Below are positions 16,885-24,756 of a stretch of DNA of 38,013 bases, one piece after another. Position 1 is the first letter of the stretch. Each line of letters starts with the position of its first letter. Made by a program: the position numbers and the translations under genes. Source of the DNA: Alphaproteobacteria bacterium (GTDB lineage: Bacteria > Myxococcota_A > UBA796 > UBA2385); NCBI GenBank assembly GCA_040376505.1, contig JBEIQK010000002.1:1-38013 (forward strand), in the 5' to 3' direction. Below the pieces are notes generated by a model. It searched no databases and had not been told where the DNA came from. It saw only the letters and a list, made by a program, of their open reading frames with translations.

Positions 16885-18485
16885 GGAGAGCCTCCCGGGG
16901 CGAGCACAGACTCGAGCCCGTATCCTGTGAGCCGGTTGCCATAGTAGAGCGCCAGCCGCGGATCGACGTGCAGGGTGCCGGGCAGCCCGTGGCTCAGCGC
17001 CTGGCGGCGGTGGAAGCTGGCGAAGGTGCCGATGGCCCGGTCGCAGAGCGCCTCGGCGTCGCCGGGCCCGAGCGCGTGGTGCAAGGTGCCCGCCGCCACC
17101 CGGTCGAGCACCCCCTGGCGCACCCGCTCCATCGCGCTCAGCAGGTCTCCCCGCGGCAGGGCCGTCTCCCGGGGCTGCAGCAGGCAGAGCTTCCACATGT
17201 CCAGGCGCGGGAAGCGGCGCTTGAGCAAACCCCAGGCCGCAAAGGCGGCGACGTGCGTGTCGAGCACGGTGTTGTCGCGGTGCCAGGCGCCCACCAGCTT
17301 CTCGGCGAGGCGGGCGGTGTAAGCCTGGTCGCGCTGGGCGTCGCTCACCACCTGGCCCGCCGCGTTGGTGATGTAGCGGCGCCGATCCACGACCGCACCG
17401 CTGGGATCGAGGGTCTGGCCCTCGTCGTCGACCGGGTTTCCCAGCACATCGAGGGGCCGGCCAAAGCGCACATGCACGCTGGCGTCGAGGTTGAGCACGC
17501 GGCGGGCGAAGGTGGCGATGGTGCGCGGCTCGCTGAACTCGTCGTCGGTGATGATGTACCGGCTCTTTCCCTCCTCCGCGAGGGCGTCTTCGATCAAGGT
17601 CTCGGCTTCCAGCACCAGGGCGATGGACAAGGTGCAGGGCACCACCAGGATCTCCGAATCGGGGCGCCCGGCGGCGAGGCCTTCTTGCCAGGCGGCGAGC
17701 CCGGTGCCGAGCAGGCCCTTCTTGACGCGCTTCTCGACCATCCCGTTGCGGGCGCGGGTGCCGCCCGGAAAGAAGAGGGAGTGGCAGCGCCGGGTCAGGG
17801 CCTCGATCGAGTAGTCCTTGAGCGTCTCTTTGTAGATCTCATGCTTCTTGCGCCGGTCGACCGTATAGGCGCCGAGCCGGCTCATAAAGGCGGCCATCAC
17901 GGGGTTGTCGAAGAGGTTGAGCCCCGCGCCATAGAGAAAAGGCGGCAGCCCGCCAGCGAAGAGGGCGTAGCCCAGCAGGGGGCTGTCGAGGTTGCTCACA
18001 TGGGTGGGGGTGAGCAGCAGGGTGTGGGTGCGGGCCAGCTTGTTGATCAGGGCCACGGGGCCGCCGATCTGGATGCGGCTGGTGGGATCGAAGTCGGCGC
18101 CAAAGAGCTCCCGGGGCTCGGCGGCGGTGAGCAGGCGGGTGAGGGCGCCCGGCAGCACCTTGGTGGCGAAGCGGTAGGTGCGGTCGGAGAAGCGGTTGTG
18201 GATCTCCTGCGTGTAGCGGTCGACCAACGTGTGGATCGCCGCCTCCTGGGCGCTGCGCCCCTGGCCCGTCGCGGGCGCCACCTCATCGATCAGCGCGGCC
18301 TCGGCGCGGTCCTGCTCGGTCCAGCGCCCCCGGTTGGCCGCCATGCGGCGGCGCTCCTGGTAGATGGCGTCGGCGAGGAGCGCGGCCACGGCGTCATCGT
18401 CCAGGTGGACGAGGCGGGCGTGGACCCGGCTCTGCAGGCGCTGGGAGAGGATGGCCGGGCTGGGGGGATCAAAAATTCCGCTCAT
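16881..18485 (-). CDS. PlsB/GNPAT-like glycerol-3-phosphate acyltransferase
   Basis: PTHVSNLD (HX4D), GAGLNL, LGAYTVDR, FFPGGTRARNG, VRFGRPL. Start at 18485 or 18497. Confidence 0.82.
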   Translation of the reverse strand: MSGIFDPPSPAILSQRLQSRVHARLVHLDDDAVAALLADAIYQERRRMAANRGRWTEQDRAEAALIDEVAPATGQGRSAQEAAIHTLVDRYTQEIHNRFSDRTYRFATKVLPGALTRLLTAAEPRELFGADFDPTSRIQIGGPVALINKLARTHTLLLTPTHVSNLDSPLLGYALFAGGLPPFLYGAGLNLFDNPVMAAFMSRLGAYTVDRRKKHEIYKETLKDYSIEALTRRCHSLFFPGGTRARNGMVEKRVKKGLLGTGLAAWQEGLAAGRPDSEILVVPCTLSIALVLEAETLIEDALAEEGKSRYIITDDEFSEPRTIATFARRVLNLDASVHVRFGRPLDVLGNPVDDEGQTLDPSGAVVDRRRYITNAAGQVVSDAQRDQAYTARLAEKLVGAWHRDNTVLDTHVAAFAAWGLLKRRFPRLDMWKLCLLQPRETALPRGDLLSAMERVRQGVLDRVAAGTLHHALGPGDAEALCDRAIGTFASFHRRQALSHGLPGTLHVDPRLALYYGNRLTGYGLESVLAPGGSP

Positions 18486-18618
18486 GGCCGGGAGCATACA
18501 CCGGCGCGCGCGCTCCCCCCTTTGCCCGTCGCCCGGTTGGTGCCTATACAGTGCGCGGGTAGAGCCAAGGGGGCAGCCGCCGAAGAGGTGGCGCGCCGCC
18601 CTTTGCCCTGGAGGATGT

Positions 18619-20085
18619 GTGCGCTCCCTTTGTCTGTCGCCGGAAACCCTCGCTGCGCTGGGTCAGGGTCACCTCGCTGCGGCGCCCCCGGGCGTCCGTC
18701 GCCTCCTGCCGATCGCCCCCCTGGGCGCCGAGCCCACCCCGTCCTGGAGCGCCCTCCCGGCCCCCCTCGGCGATCTCGCGGCGGCGGCGGCGGCCCAGGG
18801 GCAGAGCGTTCGCCTCGCCGCCCTCACCCTCACCGAGTCCGGCCAGGCCCGCCCCCTGCGCAGCGGCAGCCGCCTGATGCGCCACGGCGAGCTGCAGGCC
18901 TACGAGGTCATCGAGGTGCAAGACCGCGTCTTCGAGCTCGATCAGTGGGTTGCCCCTCCGGGCGGCCTCGCCGCGCTGGGCCCCCTGCCGGTGCGCGAAG
19001 ACGAGCTGCTGGGCGCGGTCAACCTCACCGAGGGCAAGCCCGACGAAGATCAGCTCCACGACGAGTCCTTTGAGCGGAGCTTTCGCTGGCTGTGCCTCGT
19101 CTTCTGGGCCGAAGCCGATGAGCTGGAGCTCCTCGCCGCGGCTGGCCTGGGCACCTCGCTGCCGGCCCTGCGCGGGCGCATCGAGGCCGGCGGGCTGGAG
19201 GTGGAGGCCGAGGGGCTGGCGATGCACATCCTGGCCCAGGCGGGCCCGGCGCCCAGCCGGTCGGAGCGGGCGGCCCTCCTGCGGGCCTTCTGCGGCCTGT
19301 GGTCGCTCGATCCGCTGCTCACGCTGCTGCGTCGTCCCCAGCCCGCCTTTGAGGGCGAGGAGCTGCCGGCCCTGATCGAGGCCCTGGTGACGCTGCCCCT
19401 CGCCGATGGCAGCGAGGTGGCCGCAGAGATCGTGGCCCGGCAGGCCGCGATGGCGCTGATTCCCACCCTGGAGCTGCTCCAGCGTCTGGGTCAGACCCCG
19501 GGGGCCCCCGATCGGGAGCCCTCCCTGATCGCCCTGGAGGCGGCCTTCGTTTCGGTGCCGGCCCCCGCCGGGCGCGCCGGGGCCGAAGATCGGGTCAACG
19601 CCCTGCTGGCCCTGTGGCCCACCCTGCCGCCGACCTGGGGCGATCGTCTCTTCCTGGCCTTTCCGATGGCCCCGACGGGCTTTCCGATCGATCCGGTGAT
19701 GCTGCCCCTGGCGCTGCGCCTGCGGGAGGCCAAGCTCAGCCTGCCCGAGGTCATTCGCCGGGTCCTCATCGAGGTGGTGCACACCCGCTACGCCGCCCAC
19801 ACCCCCTCGGTGAACGCGCCGGCCCTGCGCTGCACCTGCGCGGACTGCACGGAGCTGCGCGCCTTCTTGCTCGATCCGAGCCAGCGCATCTGGTCGCTCA
19901 AGTCCACCAAGGTGCGCCGCACCCATGTCGAGGCGATGGTGCGCCGGGCTGGGCTGGCCCTCACCGTCACCACCGACACGCGCACCCAACCCCATGTGCT
20001 GCTCTGCACCAAGCGGCAGGTGAGCGAGGCCCAGCGAGAGCAGGAGCGAAGCGCCTTGCGCCTGTTGTCGGGCCCCGTCCCCTGA
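18619..20085 (+). CDS. Hypothetical protein with C-terminal CxCxxC motif
   Basis: Probable GTG start at 18619 after GGAGGA; coding-like GC3; CTCADCTELRAFLLDP...RRTHVE...PHVLLCTK. Confidence 0.6.
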   Translation: MRSLCLSPETLAALGQGHLAAAPPGVRRLLPIAPLGAEPTPSWSALPAPLGDLAAAAAAQGQSVRLAALTLTESGQARPLRSGSRLMRHGELQAYEVIEVQDRVFELDQWVAPPGGLAALGPLPVREDELLGAVNLTEGKPDEDQLHDESFERSFRWLCLVFWAEADELELLAAAGLGTSLPALRGRIEAGGLEVEAEGLAMHILAQAGPAPSRSERAALLRAFCGLWSLDPLLTLLRRPQPAFEGEELPALIEALVTLPLADGSEVAAEIVARQAAMALIPTLELLQRLGQTPGAPDREPSLIALEAAFVSVPAPAGRAGAEDRVNALLALWPTLPPTWGDRLFLAFPMAPTGFPIDPVMLPLALRLREAKLSLPEVIRRVLIEVVHTRYAAHTPSVNAPALRCTCADCTELRAFLLDPSQRIWSLKSTKVRRTHVEAMVRRAGLALTVTTDTRTQPHVLLCTKRQVSEAQREQERSALRLLSGPVP

Positions 20086-20107
20086 CGCGCCGGCGGAGCC
20101 TTGGTGT

Positions 20108-21424
20108 ATGGTGCCGGCCGCCCCGCAACCCGGAATCGCCATGCCTGCCCCTGCCTCCGCCTCGTCGCCCTCGGGGCCCTGGCGTGTCGACCCCCAGGAG
20201 CCGGTGCGCCCGCCCTTGCCGCGACAAGGCTTTGGCTGGCTGGCGTACCTGAACTACCTTTTTGGCATCAGCCTCTGCATCACGCTCGACAAGCTCTGGC
20301 TGCGCTTGAAGGTGACGGGCCTGGAGAACATCCCGGCCCGCGGGCCCTTCCTGCTCTTGCCGAATCATACGACCTTTTTAGATCCGTTCATTATCTGCTA
20401 TCCGATCCTGCGGCCGATGCGCTACATGGCCGCCGCCGGCCTGCTGCGCATCCCCATTCTGGGGTCGTGGCTGCGGGCGCTGGGGTCGTTTCCGAAGATG
20501 AAGTATGTCAAGGATCCCGCCTCGATGGCCACCACCCAGGCCCTGTGGGATCAAGACCAGCTCATCACCATCTTCCCCGAGGGTCGGCGCACCTGGGATG
20601 GCGATCCCACCGAGGTGAGCGACGGCATCGGCCGCCTGATCCAGCGCCTCGACGCCCGGGTGGTCTTTGCCACCCTGGAGAACGCCTACCTGATGCACCC
20701 CCGCTGGGCGCGCTACCCGCGGCGGGTTCCTCTGCGACTGCGCTACGAAGGGCCTTTTCGTTATCCGGCCGACTGGACCCCCGAGCAGGTGGCCGAGGAT
20801 GTGCGCCAGCGGGTGCGGGCGCCCCAGCGCATCGAACCTGGACAGTCGGTCTGGACCTTTCGGATGGCCCACGGGCTGCCCAACCTCCTCTGGAGCTGCC
20901 TGCGTTGTCATGCGGTGGAGGGCCTGCAGGTCGATCCCACCGACGACGACGCGGTGCGCTGCCGGTCCTGCGGGGCCGCCTGGCGCCTCGACGTGGAGAC
21001 CCGCCTGCAGCCCAAAGACGGCGTCGGGCCCACGCTCACCGTGCGGGAGGCCTACCGCGAGGCCCTGGCCCACTTTGCCTACCCGCCCCGCCTCGGCGAG
21101 GCCCTGCCGGCAAGCGGCGATCTGGTGATGGAGGGCGCCCGCGCCACCCTTCGGCGCGTGGGGGCCCGCTCCCGCGAGGTCGTCGCCCGCGGCGCCCTGC
21201 GCCTCTTCACCGATCGCCTCGACGTGGTGGAGGCCGATGGCCGGGTGGCGCTCTCCTTGCCCCTCGACAGCCTGCGGGCCCTGTCGGTGGAGGTGGGCAA
21301 TCAGGTGCAGGTGCGCCAGGGCGATCTGCTCTACGACATCCAGATCGCCGAGGAGAGCGTGCTGCGCTGGGGGCACTTCATCAAGGGCTGGATGAACCCG
21401 GGCGAGGTGGTGGACATCGGGTAG
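20108..21424 (+). CDS. Lysophospholipid acyltransferase (PlsC-like) with C-terminal Zn-ribbon extension
   Basis: PNHTTFLD (HX4D), IFPEGRR; then CLRC...CRSC and a beta-rich tail. Start at 20108 or 20141. Confidence 0.85.
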   Translation: MVPAAPQPGIAMPAPASASSPSGPWRVDPQEPVRPPLPRQGFGWLAYLNYLFGISLCITLDKLWLRLKVTGLENIPARGPFLLLPNHTTFLDPFIICYPILRPMRYMAAAGLLRIPILGSWLRALGSFPKMKYVKDPASMATTQALWDQDQLITIFPEGRRTWDGDPTEVSDGIGRLIQRLDARVVFATLENAYLMHPRWARYPRRVPLRLRYEGPFRYPADWTPEQVAEDVRQRVRAPQRIEPGQSVWTFRMAHGLPNLLWSCLRCHAVEGLQVDPTDDDAVRCRSCGAAWRLDVETRLQPKDGVGPTLTVREAYREALAHFAYPPRLGEALPASGDLVMEGARATLRRVGARSREVVARGALRLFTDRLDVVEADGRVALSLPLDSLRALSVEVGNQVQVRQGDLLYDIQIAEESVLRWGHFIKGWMNPGEVVDIG

Positions 21425-21436
21425 GGCACCGTATAG

Positions 21437-21449
21437 CCCCCCCCCCCCC
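21437..21449. repeat. Poly-C homopolymer (C13)
   Basis: Seen directly: TATAG-CCCCCCCCCCCCC-TCTGGAGGG. Confidence 0.9.
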
Positions 21450-21461
21450 TCTGGAGGGATC

Positions 21462-21644
21462 GTGACCCACCTGGAGATCTACCGGTACCTGCTGGCCCCC
21501 GAGCGGCGGTGGTCCCTGCTGCCCGAGCTGGAGGCCCAGGGCTACCAAGAGGTGCTCGGCTACATGCCGGTCTGTCCTGCCAGCGGTGTCCGCCGAGGTC
21601 CAGCGTTCAGCTCGCCGCCTCCAGCTCTTCGTGCGTTAGCGTGA
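21462..21644 (+). pseudogene. Possible truncated gene remnant
   Basis: GGAGGG RBS and GTG start; about 35 codons with host-like GC3, then codon quality falls as it runs into the convergent gene. Confidence 0.3.
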
Positions 21645-21858
21645 TGATCGACACGATACGCCGGCGATCTTCGATGGGCAGCTTGGAGTCCAACCAGGCC
21701 CAGAGCATCTCCTGGCGGGCCATCTGCTCCATGCCGGCGAAGGATCCGCTCAGAAAGTAGCCGCCCACACGCCCCGAGGCGGTTGTGTCGAGCTCAACGG
21801 CGGGCCGGTCAAAGGGGCTCTGAAGCAGGGTCTCGGTCAGCTTTGCTTTGAGTTCCAT
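21607..21858 (-). CDS. Small BolA-like protein
   Basis: 83 aa; GGAGAG RBS; SGSFAGMEQMARQEMLWAWL...IITLTHEE fits the BolA pattern S-x2-F-x-G-x5-R...TPxE. Confidence 0.55.
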   Translation of the reverse strand: MELKAKLTETLLQSPFDRPAVELDTTASGRVGGYFLSGSFAGMEQMARQEMLWAWLDSKLPIEDRRRIVSIITLTHEELEAAS

Positions 21859-22021
21859 CGCCTCTCTCCGCGGGTAACGACATCGGTTGCTGATTCGTAC
21901 ACAAGAGTCGACACCCTGACCGCAGTCATCGGAGCGCGCCCTTTTGGGTTTATCCAGCTCTCGAATCGAGAGGCCACTGCCGTCAAGGCGGGGTACCCCC
22001 AGACCCAGACTGAGCCCAGCC

Positions 22022-23416
22022 TCAAGGTGCTGAGATCAGCGGCGCCGCCAGCTCGGTTGCCGCCCGCTCCAGCAGGTGCAGCAGGGGCCCTGGAGACAGA
22101 CCCAGCGCCACGATCAGCAGGATCAGTCCCCCCGCCGCCACCCGCTCGCGCGGAACCAGCTCGTGGGGGCTCATCTGCGGCGACGCCGGGCCGCCGAAGA
22201 GGGTGAACCAGGCTCGCAGCACCGCCACGGCGTTCATCGCGCTGGCCGCCACCAGCGCCAGATTGGGACCCACCGCCCGGCCCAGGGCCGCCGAGATCAG
22301 CAGATCATCGGCCACAAAGGAGAGGGTGCCCGGAAATCCCACGCTGGCGAGGCCAAAGAAGAGAAAACAGACCGCCAGGGCCGGCGCCGTGCGGTAGTGC
22401 CCCCCCGGCTGGCGCAGAGAAAGGGTGCCGGCCCGCGCTTCGAGCATCCAGACGCTCAGCCCCAGCCCCGTGAGCGCCAGCCCCGAGCTGATCCACATGA
22501 GCAGCCCGCCCACCAGCAGATCCGGCGTGGAGCCGGTGAGCCCGGCCAGAGAGAGCGCCGACTGGCTCATCGCGAGGTAGCCCAGGGCCGGCCGCACCTC
22601 GCGCTGCACGAGGCCCACCGCGGCGCCGTAGACGGCGGTGAGCAGGCTGATGCCCGAGAGCACGTACAGCTCGATCGGCAGCGCATCGGCGAGGAGCGGC
22701 ACCACAAAGCGCACCACCGCGTAGGCCCCCACCTGGGGCAGGGTGAGGAGCAGCACCCCGCCGAGCGAGCCGCGGGCGAAGACCTCGGGGAACCATGCGT
22801 GAAAGGGTGCCACACCCTTGCGCACCATCACCGCCAGCAGCAGGCTGGTGACCGCCGCCCGGGCGATCCAGGTGGCGCCCGGCGGCCCCAGGTCGGCCAG
22901 CGCCAACAGGGCAAATCCGACACAAAGCGAGAGCGCCGACAGCCCCATGTACAAAGCAAAGACCCGGGCCGTGCGGCGGGCCACCGGCCGGCTCTTCAGC
23001 TCCAGGTAGGGCGGCGCCACCGCGCCCACCCAAAGCAGGCTCAGCAGCAGGGGGTTGGCCGTCAGGAAGATCGACTGGGCCGCCGCCAAGGCCAGGGCCA
23101 TCCGCCCCATCGCCTGCGGGGTCACCAAAAAGCGCGGGTAGGCCAGCACCACCAGCAGGGCCAGCAGGGCTGCGAAGGGCACCACCACGGCGCTGAGCGC
23201 GTCGGTGTGCAGCAAGGCGGTGGGGCCCAGCAAAAAGCCATGGTCGGCCGGCCCCTCGGCCAGCACCCGCGCCGAGAGGCCGATGCTGACGAGCAGATCG
23301 AGGCCCACCACCGCGGCGGCGATGCGCCGGGCCCCCACCACCACGCTGCGGCGCAGCAGCAAGGCGGCGCCCAGTCCGGGCAGGCCGATCACCAGCAGGA
23401 GGAGGGCCAGCGTCAT
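22022..23416 (-). CDS. Proton-conducting membrane transporter (NuoM/MrpD-like), third gene of the DAB operon
   Basis: 464 aa, about 14 TM helices; DALS, RKGVAPFHAWFPE, YLAMSQ, LASVGFPGTLSFVADD; ATGA overlap with dabB. Confidence 0.85.
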   Translation of the reverse strand: MTLALLLLVIGLPGLGAALLLRRSVVVGARRIAAAVVGLDLLVSIGLSARVLAEGPADHGFLLGPTALLHTDALSAVVVPFAALLALLVVLAYPRFLVTPQAMGRMALALAAAQSIFLTANPLLLSLLWVGAVAPPYLELKSRPVARRTARVFALYMGLSALSLCVGFALLALADLGPPGATWIARAAVTSLLLAVMVRKGVAPFHAWFPEVFARGSLGGVLLLTLPQVGAYAVVRFVVPLLADALPIELYVLSGISLLTAVYGAAVGLVQREVRPALGYLAMSQSALSLAGLTGSTPDLLVGGLLMWISSGLALTGLGLSVWMLEARAGTLSLRQPGGHYRTAPALAVCFLFFGLASVGFPGTLSFVADDLLISAALGRAVGPNLALVAASAMNAVAVLRAWFTLFGGPASPQMSPHELVPRERVAAGGLILLIVALGLSPGPLLHLLERAATELAAPLISAP

Positions 23417-24756
23417 GGCTCGGCCTCGTCGCCGCGTCCCTCGCCCGGCCCCCGTCCCAGTCGACTGATCCAGCGCCGCTCGGCCCGGTCGGCGGCCTCC
23501 AACCCGCGGACGACCGGCCCCAGGAGGAAGCGCTCCAGGGCATCGTCGAGGTAGCTGCGCTCCATCGCGAAGCGGTAGAGCCAGCGCCGGGCTCCGGCCG
23601 GGAGGAGGGCCTCGTAGTGGCGCCCCGTCTCGGCGAGCAGGCCGCCCGCCCCGGTCTCCTGCTGGTGGTGGTCAGCCAGGGCCGAGGGGGCCCGCAGCAA
23701 TTGCAGCGAGCGCAAGGTGGCGTGGCCCACCACATGAAGCAGGGCGAGGAAGCGCAGCCCGAGCCCGATCTCGGCCAGGATCAGCCCCACCTGCGCCATG
23801 CTGGCGTAGGCGAGCTGGCTCTTCACATCGGTCTGGGCCCGGCCGGCCAGGGTGGCGTGCAGGGCCGTGGACAGTCCCACCCCCACCAGCAGCACCTGGG
23901 CCGCCGGCGCCGCGTCGAGCACCGGCGCGTTGCGCAGCAGCAGGTAGGCGCCGGCGTGAATCGACAGGGCTCCGTAGAAGATGGCCGAAGAGGGCGTGGG
24001 CCCCTCCATCGCCCGCGGCAGCCAGCCCGAAAACGGGAGCTGCCCCGACTTGCCCAGGGCCGCCACCACCAGCAGCAGGCCGATCAGCCCCGCCGCCCCG
24101 GGCGACAGGGTGGAGGTCTGGTGGGGCCACAGGCCCAGGTAGGCCTCGTCAAAGGCGCCGCTCCCGCTGGCCTGGTGCAGGAAGATCGCCGCGGTGAGCA
24201 GGGCCACATCGCAGATCCGGTAGGTGATGAAGGCCCGAAGCGCGCTCTTCACCGGGGCCGCCCGCTCGTGAAAGAAGCCGATGAGCAGGGCCGAAGACAG
24301 ACCGAGCAGCTCCCAGCCGGCGTAGAGCAGGCCCAGGTTGCCGCCCAGCACCACCGCCAACATCCCCAGCGAAAAGAGCAGGAGCAGGATGAAGAAGCGC
24401 GTGTAGCCCGGCTCCCGGTGGAGGTAGCGGTAGCCGAAGCTGCCGATCACCCCGCAGAGCGCCGTCACGAGGAGCGCAAAGGGCAGACTGAGCCGATCGA
24501 CCAGCAGGGTGAGGGCCAGATCATGGTGGTGCACCGAAAACAGATGCCCCAGCGGCACCACCACCGCGTCGACCCCGGTGAGCAGCATCTCCACCAGGGC
24601 CGCCGCCGCCGCGAGGAAGCTGCTCAGGAAGGCCCAGCGCACCACCCGCGCGGTGTAGACCTCACTGGCGCTCCGCCCGACCCCCCAGGGCAGCACCAGC
24701 AGCACAAAGGCCACCGCCGGGGCGGCGACCGTCCAGGTGATAAGGGCTGGGATCAC
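23413..24756 (-). CDS. dabB: DAB inorganic carbon transporter membrane subunit (NuoL/ND5-like, C-terminally short)
   Basis: GTG start at 24756 overlaps the dabA stop (GTGA). DRLS, YRYLHREPGYTRFF, GWELLG, KSGQLPFSGWLPRAMEGPTPSSA, DVKSQLAYASMAQVG, HVVGHATLR; 447 aa. Confidence 0.85.
   Translation of the reverse strand: MIPALITWTVAAPAVAFVLLVLPWGVGRSASEVYTARVVRWAFLSSFLAAAAALVEMLLTGVDAVVVPLGHLFSVHHHDLALTLLVDRLSLPFALLVTALCGVIGSFGYRYLHREPGYTRFFILLLLFSLGMLAVVLGGNLGLLYAGWELLGLSSALLIGFFHERAAPVKSALRAFITYRICDVALLTAAIFLHQASGSGAFDEAYLGLWPHQTSTLSPGAAGLIGLLLVVAALGKSGQLPFSGWLPRAMEGPTPSSAIFYGALSIHAGAYLLLRNAPVLDAAPAAQVLLVGVGLSTALHATLAGRAQTDVKSQLAYASMAQVGLILAEIGLGLRFLALLHVVGHATLRSLQLLRAPSALADHHQQETGAGGLLAETGRHYEALLPAGARRWLYRFAMERSYLDDALERFLLGPVVRGLEAADRAERRWISRLGRGPGEGRGDEAEP

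Noticed and set aside
21837-22025. 62-aa ORF overlapping the last DAB gene stop as a small fourth subunit
   Set aside because: TTG start, atypical codon usage, no convincing TM helix, and it overlaps the BolA-like gene start.
22022-24756. Complex I (nuoL/nuoM) or Mrp antiporter operon fragment
   Set aside because: No other nuo/mrp subunits, the NuoL-like protein lacks the C-terminal helices, and both genes are coupled to DUF2309.
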